Positions 17,341 to 25,979 of a DNA stretch of 64,000 bases are shown here, piece by piece. The translations under genes and the position numbers were made by a program. The notes beneath the pieces were generated by a model, which saw nothing but the letters and a program-made list of their open reading frames with translations, did not search any database and was not told where the DNA came from. Source of the stretch: Roseiflexus sp. (lineage in GTDB: Bacteria > Chloroflexota > Chloroflexia > Chloroflexales > Roseiflexaceae). The stretch spans positions 13,844-77,843 of the forward strand of contig JAGHYV010000002.1 of the NCBI GenBank assembly GCA_017743475.1. The letters run 5' to 3'. Each line of letters starts with the position of its first letter. Position 1 is the first letter of the stretch.

Positions 17341-17913
17341 TCAGAATAGACCAGCGCACTGGTGTGCCAGGTGCTGCCACTCCTCGACCAACCGCTCGAT
17401 GGCGATGTGAAAGGTGTGCTTCGTCGACTCGTCGGCGCAGCGATGCCGATATGCGAGACCATACGTGTTGCGCACCCACATTTCGTACTGCACGATCCAT
17501 TCAAGCAGCGCAACAAACTGCCGATGCATCCGCTGCCGCGCGTCGGGTTCAGGTGGGATAGCCGCAGGGCGTATCTGGTCGGGCAACCAGGGCAGACGTT
17601 GAGCGTTAAGCGGCGCGGTCCACATGGGGGTAAACTCGTACCGTTTGAGATAGATTCCGCCTTCTGTCGGGTTGCCGTAGAATGCGCCGAATCCCCACAA
17701 CACGACGCACGCCTCCGACTCAAGCGCCATCAGATAGGCGCTGCTCCCAACTGCGCCGGATGGCGGTCGCTGACGAGAGAACCCATACTCCAGCAGGAGA
17801 TTCCCTTCAGCGCGACGAATATCGCAGCCCCACAGCCAGCATTGCAGATGAAGCAGTTCCGCGCCACGCCTTCGGACCGGTTCAGGCAGGACGATACAGG
17901 CGTCGGGTGTCAT
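17341..17913 (-). CDS. Conserved-looking hypothetical protein
   Basis: LLHLQCWLWGCDIRRAEGNLLLEYGF...; ORF 17341-17964, probable start at 17913. Confidence 0.65.
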   Translation of the reverse strand: MTPDACIVLPEPVRRRGAELLHLQCWLWGCDIRRAEGNLLLEYGFSRQRPPSGAVGSSAYLMALESEACVVLWGFGAFYGNPTEGGIYLKRYEFTPMWTAPLNAQRLPWLPDQIRPAAIPPEPDARQRMHRQFVALLEWIVQYEMWVRNTYGLAYRHRCADESTKHTFHIAIERLVEEWQHLAHQCAGLF

Positions 17914-17954
17914 CGCTTGATCCTGATCGTTCGCAGTGGTTTCCTTGCCCGTCA

Positions 17955-17971
17955 ATGATAGCAACTACCAT
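17955..17971. promoter_or_regulatory. Fur/Zur-like operator
   Basis: ATGATA-GCAAC-TACCAT, 14/17 identical to 17174-17190. Confidence 0.55.
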
Positions 17972-18086
17972 TTTTGGATGACGTAATAATAGTGACACTC
18001 AATGGTTTCGTCAACCAAATGGTCTTTGCCTGAATGTATGCGGAGCAGAGGACATATCCTGTATTACTACCTGTGCGCCGTCTGTT

Positions 18087-18431
18087 GTGAGCGGAATGAC
18101 AGCATCGAACGTCGAGCAGGGAGGAAATAGATGGAGCATGGTGCGCTGGTTTCCGCAATCAGATGTATCGAGATTTCGAGCAGGGATCCTGGCGGCTCTG
18201 GTCGTCTTTGGGTATCCGGTCGAGCCATGGCCACTCATATGGCTACGTTCCACATTTGAAAGCCTGCTGCTTACTGCTGATCCCCTTCCAGCCGCAGTAC
18301 TGGAGCTACAGCCACGACTCGATCAGAGTGAGGGATTGTTCAATCAGATCTGTCATGGGAGACCACTTATGGGCGGTTATCTGGCTCGCACACCATTTTA
18401 CCCTGTCGTGGATAGTGCTGCTAACATGTGA
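18087..18431 (+). pseudogene. Fragment of a YfhO-like GT-C membrane gene
   Basis: AAVLELQP...LFNQICHGRPLMGGYLARTPFYP parallels GAVADLPL...RSQMVHGQPIIGGFIARRPAYD (23801 gene) and QMVHRWPIIGGYVARPPAYP (5216 gene). Confidence 0.65.
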
Positions 18432-18820
18432 GCAAGTGATCGTTGCCTTGAGCTGGTGCGCTACTGCCTATGGTATCGTCGCGAACATTGCACATGCGTT
18501 AGGGGGATCGTCCTCTGGGCGCGCTGGACGTGCTGGCTGCACCCTATAGCCGAATGATCACCCTCCGCATATCCCCCCGGTCGGACTATCCTGCGATCGG
18601 AGAGTACGGCAGAGTGTGTATCCGATGGTCGCTGTCTGAGTCTCTCTATCAGTGATCTGCGCATCACTGCGCTCCCTGTCACTAACGCCTAGTGCACCAA
18701 GGTTCAATATCTGGACATTCCGCCGACACGCCCAGCAATTGCTGCGCCGCCGTGCCGTTGAGAGTGATAGTCCATACTGGTCAGGCGCTATCGATTTCCT
18801 TACTTTGCTGGTTCTGTCTG

Positions 18821-20104
18821 CTAAGATGCTTGCTCTGCGATCAACTGGTTATAGAGCGCTTCGAGATGAACGGTCAGCGTTTCAGCCCGATACCGATCAA
18901 AGACTTCGGCGCGTCCGGCAGCAGCAAGTCGCGTTCCCAGGGCGCGGTCATTCAGCAGACGTATAAGCGCCTCTGCCAGTGCTTCGACATGACCGTAGGG
19001 AACCAGTAAACCAGTTCGTTCGTGGCTGATAACTTCGTTACCTGCCATCACGTCGGTGGTCACTACCGGCGCTCCGGCAGCCATAGCCTCAATCAGCGGT
19101 ATGCCAAAGCCTTCATATCGGCTTGGCGCCGCTACGACGGCTGCATTGTGCAGCAGGCGAATCTTTTCATGCTCGCTTACCGGTCCGACGATATCCAGAT
19201 GATTGGTTACGCCGCCGACTGCTGCAATGTGCCGCAGGTCGGCTTCACCGTTACGGTTGTGACTCACGAACATAAAACGGGCTGTCGGCGCTTCACGCAA
19301 CACGAGCGGCATTGCACGCGCCAGCAAGTCGTATCCCTTGCGTGGCACTAGCTGCCCAATAAAAAGCACTAGAGGAGGTCGAGAAGCGACAGGAGGCGGA
19401 GTATGACTGTAGGCGTCCAGATCCACTGCATTTGGCAGCACGCTTATTCGCTTCGGATTGACTCCCAAACGGATAAGAAGGTCGCGCTCGGCATGCGATA
19501 GCGCTATCACACGATCTACACGAAGCAGGGGAGCGTGAATGAGATAGTTGCGCACTGTGCGGTGTGGATGAGCGCCGCGCGCTATCCGAAGCGCCAGCTG
19601 GCGTAGTGTCGTCACTATATTATCGTAGCGAAGCGGCGCTTCCAGAGGACGTTCCCGATCTGATACGAGGTCGCCGTCGTGCAGGAGTCCATGGATGGTA
19701 AGGACAGTGGGAATACGCAGTTGCGATGCAGCCAGCACCGTTTGAAAGCCAAGGAGATTGCGCAGGTGATGCAGGTGAATAATGTCGGGCCGATCTGTTC
19801 CAACCAAGCGTAGCAGCGACTCAGGACCGAAGAAACCCAGGGTTTTCACTCGATGCACGGGTACCGGACCGGGTAACCACTCATGACGGCGTGACTGTCC
19901 AGGATAGCGTCGGTCGAGGTACTCGTGGGCGACGACAGCATGCCCGCGTGCCGCCAGTGTTCGCGCCTGAAGTTGTTCGGGGCGGCCGGGAAACGCAGGA
20001 TCAAAACCATAGGTAGTGACGATCAAAATTCGCATACGGGTTTGTGGTGCAGTGACTGTTCGTTCCAGTTTGATCGGGATAAAGTATGGCGTCCCAGTCT
20101 GCAC
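18821..20104 (-). CDS. Glycosyltransferase family 4
   Basis: MRILIV (alternative start 20035), FIGQLVPRKG and EGFGIPLIEAMAAGAPVV. Confidence 0.9.
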   Translation of the reverse strand: MQTGTPYFIPIKLERTVTAPQTRMRILIVTTYGFDPAFPGRPEQLQARTLAARGHAVVAHEYLDRRYPGQSRRHEWLPGPVPVHRVKTLGFFGPESLLRLVGTDRPDIIHLHHLRNLLGFQTVLAASQLRIPTVLTIHGLLHDGDLVSDRERPLEAPLRYDNIVTTLRQLALRIARGAHPHRTVRNYLIHAPLLRVDRVIALSHAERDLLIRLGVNPKRISVLPNAVDLDAYSHTPPPVASRPPLVLFIGQLVPRKGYDLLARAMPLVLREAPTARFMFVSHNRNGEADLRHIAAVGGVTNHLDIVGPVSEHEKIRLLHNAAVVAAPSRYEGFGIPLIEAMAAGAPVVTTDVMAGNEVISHERTGLLVPYGHVEALAEALIRLLNDRALGTRLAAAGRAEVFDRYRAETLTVHLEALYNQLIAEQAS

Positions 20105-20110
20105 ACCCTG

Positions 20111-21250
20111 TCAGCTTTGTATTGTTGATGCACGATTGACATGTGTTCCGCGTACTGCCGCGTGATACGCCGCTTCTACCCGATCCGCCACAGCAGACCA
20201 CGCGAATTGTGCCGCCCAACCGGGTGCAGCGTCAGCCATAGCTCGTCGGCGCTCCGGGTCGTCGATCAGGGAACGCACGGCTGCTGCCAGTGCAGCCGGA
20301 TCGCGTGGCGGCACAAGAAGTCCAGTGCGCCCTTCGTCGATCACTTCGGGGAAACCGCCAAAGCGTGATGCGACGACCGGCAGCCCGCACGCCTGCGCTT
20401 CAATCAGCCCAATGCCGAACGTCTCGCTAGCAAAGCTGGTGGCGAGCAGGAGATCGGCTGCGGCGTAGATTGACGGGAGACGTTCACGTGGCAATGCTCC
20501 CAGGAAGCGTACCCGCTTTGCCAGTCCCAATTCCTGCGCCAGTCGCTCCAGGTCGGCGCGGGTTTCGCCATCACCAACGATCATCAGATGCGCCCGCGGA
20601 ATCTCCCGTAAGGCGTGGAGAGCAACATCTACCCCCTTCCAGGGTTGCAGCCGACCGACCCACAGAAGGAGCGGCGTTCCGTCGGTGCGAACGATGTCTG
20701 GATCAGGCGCTGTTGGGCGAAACAGGCTTGTGTCGATTCCGTTGAAGACGACGGTCGGCTCAAACCCGTAGCGTGCTGCTACGGTACGGGCATTGAAACG
20801 ACTGCACGATACTGCGGCATCGACACGTGGTGCGAGCAGTGTATCGCCCGGATAGAAATCCTCGCCGTGGCATCCCAGCACCACCCGCGCTCCGCCGAAG
20901 CGTCGCGCCAGGAGCGCCGGACCCAGGTCATACGGTTTTTGAATGTGGATGATGTCATATCCGCCAGCGATCAGTTCCGGCAGGGCGGCGATCGCAAGAG
21001 ACAGACGTTCGAGCAGTTTAGCTTCGGCATATGCGCGGTGGAGCAACGGGAGCGCCTGAAACCGGTAGCGATTAATAAACGGGAACATCAGCACCCGAAC
21101 CCCCGGCGCCAGCTCACGACGTTTCCCCACTCCGCCGATGATCGTCACTGCGTGCCCGCGACGCGCCAGTTCGCGCCCCAGGTCCCATACAAAACTTTCC
21201 ACACCGCCGAACCTGGTCGTCGTTGTCAAATTGTAGAGTGCAATGCGCAT
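20111..21250 (-). CDS. Glycosyltransferase family 4
   Basis: MRIALYNLTTTTRFGGVE, WVGRLQPWKG and ETFGIGLIEAQACGLPVV. Confidence 0.9.
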   Translation of the reverse strand: MRIALYNLTTTTRFGGVESFVWDLGRELARRGHAVTIIGGVGKRRELAPGVRVLMFPFINRYRFQALPLLHRAYAEAKLLERLSLAIAALPELIAGGYDIIHIQKPYDLGPALLARRFGGARVVLGCHGEDFYPGDTLLAPRVDAAVSCSRFNARTVAARYGFEPTVVFNGIDTSLFRPTAPDPDIVRTDGTPLLLWVGRLQPWKGVDVALHALREIPRAHLMIVGDGETRADLERLAQELGLAKRVRFLGALPRERLPSIYAAADLLLATSFASETFGIGLIEAQACGLPVVASRFGGFPEVIDEGRTGLLVPPRDPAALAAAVRSLIDDPERRRAMADAAPGWAAQFAWSAVADRVEAAYHAAVRGTHVNRASTIQS

Positions 21251-21276
21251 AGCTCGACCACCAGCGCCATCAGCCA

Positions 21277-22950
21277 TTACAAGACACGCAGCAACCAGCG
21301 CTGCCCCGGCAGACGCATCTTTGCCAGTTGTTCGCGATCCTGCGGTTCCAGGCCGCCGGTTGCGCGCAGTGCTGCAATGAATGCGCCTGCGCCCAGCAAC
21401 GCCACACATACCAGTAACCCCGCTTCACGCAACCGCAGAAGAATGCTGGCACGTGGCGGAAGTTCCGGCAACAGTGCCGCCATACCTGCCACCAGGAGCG
21501 CCATCACGCCGCTCGCTAACAAGACGCGTAACGTAAACCACCAGGGCCAGCGTAATCCCAGCAACCGATATCCGCTTGCCGTTGTCCACAACCCTGCCAG
21601 GACGCGCGCCAGCCCAAACGCCAGTGCCACGCCAACAATGCCCAGTAGCGGCGACAGCAGGACCAGCAGCGGAACGACTGAGAGTGTCAGCAGGCGCGAA
21701 ATCACAATGACGCGCAACTTTTCGTACACGATCAGCGCGTTGTGCGCCGTAGTCAACATACTTTCCAGAAAGAGACAGGGCACGAGCACCCATACCAACG
21801 ACGCTGCATCGACATACTGCGGCGTCAGCACTGTCAGCACAGGGCGCGCCAGCAGGATCAATCCCACGGCACCGGGGATGAGCAGCAGCACCTGGAGCCG
21901 CGCCAGCGATTGATATGCCCCCAGAAGCGTCCCGCCCTCACCTGCGCGCACCCTGGTGAACAGTGGCACCTGCACCCCGACCATCGGCGTATACAGGTAG
22001 CCGAGCACCATCCCAACCACCGACGCGCCAGCCCAGAGCAGGGCGACATCGCTGATGTCATTCGCCAGAAACACTGCAAACGACTTACTTGCCAGAAAGT
22101 CGGTCACCGTCATGAGGAATGAAACTGCGCAGTAGCGCACGAATCCGGACGGCAGGGCATTGGCAAGCGGCAGGTCAAGCGCTTCCCGTCCGTCATCCGA
22201 CCAGGAGCGGATATCGGATTTCCACAAACGGTACACGTTCCATCCGGCCAGCGCAACGGCGATCGCGGGGGCAACGAACATGGCGATCAGCACGCCGATG
22301 ATTGCGCTACGGTCAGGATCGGGAGTCATCCGGCTGATGAGAATGGCCGCTGCACTCAATAACGGCGGCAACAAACCCGCTGCCAGCGCCACACTGTTCC
22401 AGGCGCGCTGCTCGAAAAAACTGTTCAGGTACGCCATCAGCATGTCGTAGCAGATGCCTAGGAAGAGCATGATCAGGATGGTGAGCATGATGAGCCAGCC
22501 AGACTCATCGATGAACCGTACAAGAGTCATCTGCTCGACAGGTGGAATGCGCTTATCGGCGAGCACCTTGCCCTGCAACTCGTTAATGTAGCGGTCGTAC
22601 CCTGCGATCAATCCGGCGAACACGATCATCAGGACGACAACCTGTGCTGCAAGTACAGCAGAGATCAACCGCAACACCGCGCGCGGTCCGCCGGTGCGGT
22701 TGGTCTCTGGGATGTACTTCGGCAGTGCACGAGTTGTTCCCAGGTCGATCCAGGTGCCCAGTCCATTACTGGCGCCGCTCACCAGCGCCAGCAAGCCGTA
22801 ACTGGTCAACGGCAGCACCGTTAGTTTGAGCAGCGTTGCGACAATTTCGGCGATCATGCGCAGCGGCACAAACACCGCGTTCCATACAACGGCGCGCGAT
22901 ACCTGGCTGGCGAGTGAAGGAGCGCGACTGGTTGTCGGTTCGGTTGCCAT
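21277..22950 (-). CDS. Wzx-like flippase / polysaccharide biosynthesis protein
   Basis: ~14 TM segments, YGLLAL...DLGTTRALPKYIPE, located inside a glycosylation locus. Confidence 0.75.
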   Translation of the reverse strand: MATEPTTSRAPSLASQVSRAVVWNAVFVPLRMIAEIVATLLKLTVLPLTSYGLLALVSGASNGLGTWIDLGTTRALPKYIPETNRTGGPRAVLRLISAVLAAQVVVLMIVFAGLIAGYDRYINELQGKVLADKRIPPVEQMTLVRFIDESGWLIMLTILIMLFLGICYDMLMAYLNSFFEQRAWNSVALAAGLLPPLLSAAAILISRMTPDPDRSAIIGVLIAMFVAPAIAVALAGWNVYRLWKSDIRSWSDDGREALDLPLANALPSGFVRYCAVSFLMTVTDFLASKSFAVFLANDISDVALLWAGASVVGMVLGYLYTPMVGVQVPLFTRVRAGEGGTLLGAYQSLARLQVLLLIPGAVGLILLARPVLTVLTPQYVDAASLVWVLVPCLFLESMLTTAHNALIVYEKLRVIVISRLLTLSVVPLLVLLSPLLGIVGVALAFGLARVLAGLWTTASGYRLLGLRWPWWFTLRVLLASGVMALLVAGMAALLPELPPRASILLRLREAGLLVCVALLGAGAFIAALRATGGLEPQDREQLAKMRLPGQRWLLRVL

Positions 22951-23801
22951 TACTGCTGTTTGACCAGTCCCAGTTCAAACATGCCGGTGTACCAGTCGCG
23001 TTGCAGGCGATACGCAGCACGCTCCAACCCCAGGCGACGCAGTACGGCTCGCGCGATGCGGTGCGTCGGTTTCGGGCTGTAGAGCGTTCCTTGTAGCAGT
23101 TCTTCTTCGCGGAGATCGCGCACGCTGAATCCGCAGCGCAATGCAAGCGTAGCGAATGTCTGGTACTCGAAATAGTGCATGTCACTCAACCGCTGCATAT
23201 CACGAAACGCAGCGCCCTGCTTGCTGCGCCCGCAGCGTGCGATCAACCATTCGGCAAGCGGACGCGGCATCCAGTTGATCCCCGGCATATGGTAGTGCGG
23301 ATCGATCCAGGCTCGTCGGTTGATCACCGTTATCAGCGCCACTCCGCCAGGACGCAACACCCGCGCAATCTCGCGCAATACCTGTTCCGGCGACTGGACA
23401 TGCTCAATGACATCCCAGCATACCACGGCATCGAATGCTGCATCAGGCAATGGCAACGACTCACCCGCGGCGTTGATAACCGGCAGGTGCAGATGGTAAC
23501 GCGCCGCGCGCAGCATCATGATCCGACAGTAGGCTGGATGATATTCGCTGGCGATGACCTTTGCGCCACGCAGGGCTGCTGCAACCGCAAAGCCGCCCAT
23601 GCCCGCACCGAGATCGAGCAATCGTACTCCATCGACCCGTCCGGCAATCTGTTCCAGTCGCGCAAGTCGTTCGCTCTGATACGCTTCCTGATTGATGCGC
23701 CGCTCGCGCCAGCGCGCAAAGTCGCGCCGCCAGCGCATATGTTGCAGCCAGGGATCAATCGCCTGCTCGAGTTCAGTTGGTGCAGCAGGTGGTTGGGTCA
23801 T
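22950..23801 (-). CDS. Class I SAM-dependent methyltransferase
   Basis: LLDLGAGMGG, AAGESLPLPDAAFD and VIEHV...LRPGG. Confidence 0.88.
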   Translation of the reverse strand: MTQPPAAPTELEQAIDPWLQHMRWRRDFARWRERRINQEAYQSERLARLEQIAGRVDGVRLLDLGAGMGGFAVAAALRGAKVIASEYHPAYCRIMMLRAARYHLHLPVINAAGESLPLPDAAFDAVVCWDVIEHVQSPEQVLREIARVLRPGGVALITVINRRAWIDPHYHMPGINWMPRPLAEWLIARCGRSKQGAAFRDMQRLSDMHYFEYQTFATLALRCGFSVRDLREEELLQGTLYSPKPTHRIARAVLRRLGLERAAYRLQRDWYTGMFELGLVKQQ

Positions 23802-25975
23802 TATCGTTTGGATTCCAACACATAGTCGGCAATGCGGACCTTCAACGCTGCAATGCTCAACTCACGCCGGGATTGCGGGTCAAACGTCGTCGGCGCGTGC
23901 AGGCGCAATTGGGTCTGTCCCGGCGGCACGGTCAATCCTGTGCGATAGGTGCGCACCGGGCGCTGCACGTCCCAGTGCGCGATCAGGCGCTGATCATGCC
24001 ACAGTTCTACCGGGCGCGGCGTCTCGTAAGACGCCAGGGTCAACGCCAATGTCATATGGATTGGCGTATCATACGGGTTGACCAGCCAGAGCGTGTTGTC
24101 GGCGCTGCCCCAGCGGTGCAGACCGTTATCGTTGCGCTCTACGCTGTCCCATCCTTTGCCTGCATAAACGAAGGGACGGCAGGCGTTGGCGAACAGGGGC
24201 AGTTCGTACCAGCGATACTGCGCATCCTCATACTCTGGTGTCGGCACGTGCCCGATCAACATCCTGAGCGTCTCCGCGACCTGTTCCTGCTCACGCGCCG
24301 TTGTCAGGTCGGTGCGCACTACCACGTGGCGCACCGGCGCGAAACACTGCATCGCTCTGAGCGTGGACGGATCGAGCGGTACAACATCTTGCTGCAATGC
24401 TCGCATCGTCCCGATAGTGTACAACAGCGGCATGTTAAAGCTGTCGTATGCCGGTCGCCGCGCGATGAACCCGCCGATGATCGGTTGACCATGCACCATC
24501 TGACTCCGTAATGTGCGGCTCGTTTCGAGCACATCGAGCGGCAGGTCGGCGACGGCGCCGGGGCGCGCTGCAATTTGTTCATAAACTGCCGGGCGCTCCA
24601 ACGGCAGGAAGACGCGCTCTGGCGGGAGCCAGAGTTCGAACAACCCTGCCATCACTGCCCCTGCGATTGGCAGCATGCGCCAGGCATCTGGCGTCCCCTG
24701 GCGCAACTGCGCCAGCCCCTGTGCCGCTGCTATGCTCATCACCATTAGCACCGGCGCGATAAACAGCGCTGGCTTGCGCGCCGTCCCAAAGAGCGGAAGC
24801 CGATCAAGCAGCGCATATGGCATCGGGATGCCCGTATCCTTCCCCAGCACGTGCAAACCGGGACCCATCGCCAGCACCCAGAGCACGATGGCTGTGAGTG
24901 CCAGGTGCCGCTCGCGCCGCCAGACGGTTCGTGCGCCGAGAATCGCCAGCGCCATCAGGGTCCATCCCGCCGGAACGTACCAGACGCTCGGAGTAAAGTG
25001 TTCGGCTATCGGACGCATCCACTGCTCGACCTGCGCTCCCCACAGCGGGTTGTACACATTCGGAAAGAATAATCCGAACAGGTCGACCGACGAGTTGTAG
25101 ACATATAGTTCCCGGATGGCATCGCGCGTCTGGTGACCTATCGGTAATACGTCACGCCGCATAAGCATCCCGGCGAGAAACGGCGCCAGCAGGATCAGCG
25201 TTCCCATCGCAAACAGTGCATAACGGCGGGCGAGCATCCGTCGCTCACGAACCGCTGCGAACCGTGCAGCCATCCATACAATCGTCAGCACGCCGCAGAT
25301 CGACGCCCAGTACCAGTCGGAAAGCACGACCAGTGCGGCGATTGCCGCAGCGCACGCAATGCGCCAGCGCTCCCCGCCGCGATCCAGCAGCGCCAGGGCG
25401 TAGATATAGAACGGGATCCAGTGCAGGCTGAACAGGTTAAGGTGGCTGTTCTGCAACTGTGCGATGTGGAACGGTCCAAGCGTAACCAGCACACCGCACG
25501 CCAGCGCCTCCCAGAATCCGCGCACGTAGTGATAGGTCAGCAGAAAGACGCCAAACCCGGTCAGCGCAAAACCCAGCAGCACCGCCGTGTTAAACGCTGC
25601 GACCGGACCCGCCAGCAGATAGATCGGCAGCGTAAGCACCGCATTTGGCGCGCCCAGCGTTTGCACATACAACTGTACGCCGTCCGGGTAGAAGAGCAGG
25701 TCGGTCCAGAACGGGTTGATGCCGTTCAGGATCGCCTCGCTCACCCACCAGAGATGCCACAGATGCAATCCAGCTTCTTCGCTGCCAGCAAAGTCGAATC
25801 GCCCTGGAGCGCCGTCAATCCCGCCGAACAGAAGTCGGTCGAAGTGCAACGCCAGGGGCCAGGTGACAATCAGCGCCAGCAGCACGTAGCATCCGAGCGC
25901 CAGCGCATAGATGGCGGCGATGCGGCTGCTGGAAGGAGCCGCCCGCTCAGCAGACGAGCGCGTCGACCGCTTCAT
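23801..25975 (-). CDS. YfhO-like GT-C membrane protein with C-terminal GxGW..E..RW module
   Basis: WHLWWV, LFYPDG, GPFHIA and PIIGGFIARR; paralog of 5216-7357. Confidence 0.75.
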   Translation of the reverse strand: MKRSTRSSAERAAPSSSRIAAIYALALGCYVLLALIVTWPLALHFDRLLFGGIDGAPGRFDFAGSEEAGLHLWHLWWVSEAILNGINPFWTDLLFYPDGVQLYVQTLGAPNAVLTLPIYLLAGPVAAFNTAVLLGFALTGFGVFLLTYHYVRGFWEALACGVLVTLGPFHIAQLQNSHLNLFSLHWIPFYIYALALLDRGGERWRIACAAAIAALVVLSDWYWASICGVLTIVWMAARFAAVRERRMLARRYALFAMGTLILLAPFLAGMLMRRDVLPIGHQTRDAIRELYVYNSSVDLFGLFFPNVYNPLWGAQVEQWMRPIAEHFTPSVWYVPAGWTLMALAILGARTVWRRERHLALTAIVLWVLAMGPGLHVLGKDTGIPMPYALLDRLPLFGTARKPALFIAPVLMVMSIAAAQGLAQLRQGTPDAWRMLPIAGAVMAGLFELWLPPERVFLPLERPAVYEQIAARPGAVADLPLDVLETSRTLRSQMVHGQPIIGGFIARRPAYDSFNMPLLYTIGTMRALQQDVVPLDPSTLRAMQCFAPVRHVVVRTDLTTAREQEQVAETLRMLIGHVPTPEYEDAQYRWYELPLFANACRPFVYAGKGWDSVERNDNGLHRWGSADNTLWLVNPYDTPIHMTLALTLASYETPRPVELWHDQRLIAHWDVQRPVRTYRTGLTVPPGQTQLRLHAPTTFDPQSRRELSIAALKVRIADYVLESKR

Positions 25976-25979
25976 AACG

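Noticed and set aside
20615-21913. 432-aa plus-strand ORF and similar long antisense ORFs across 15-63 kb (e.g. 15560-16564, 51741-52694)
   Set aside because: They overlap well-supported genes on the opposite strand and carry no motifs; expected in high-GC DNA.
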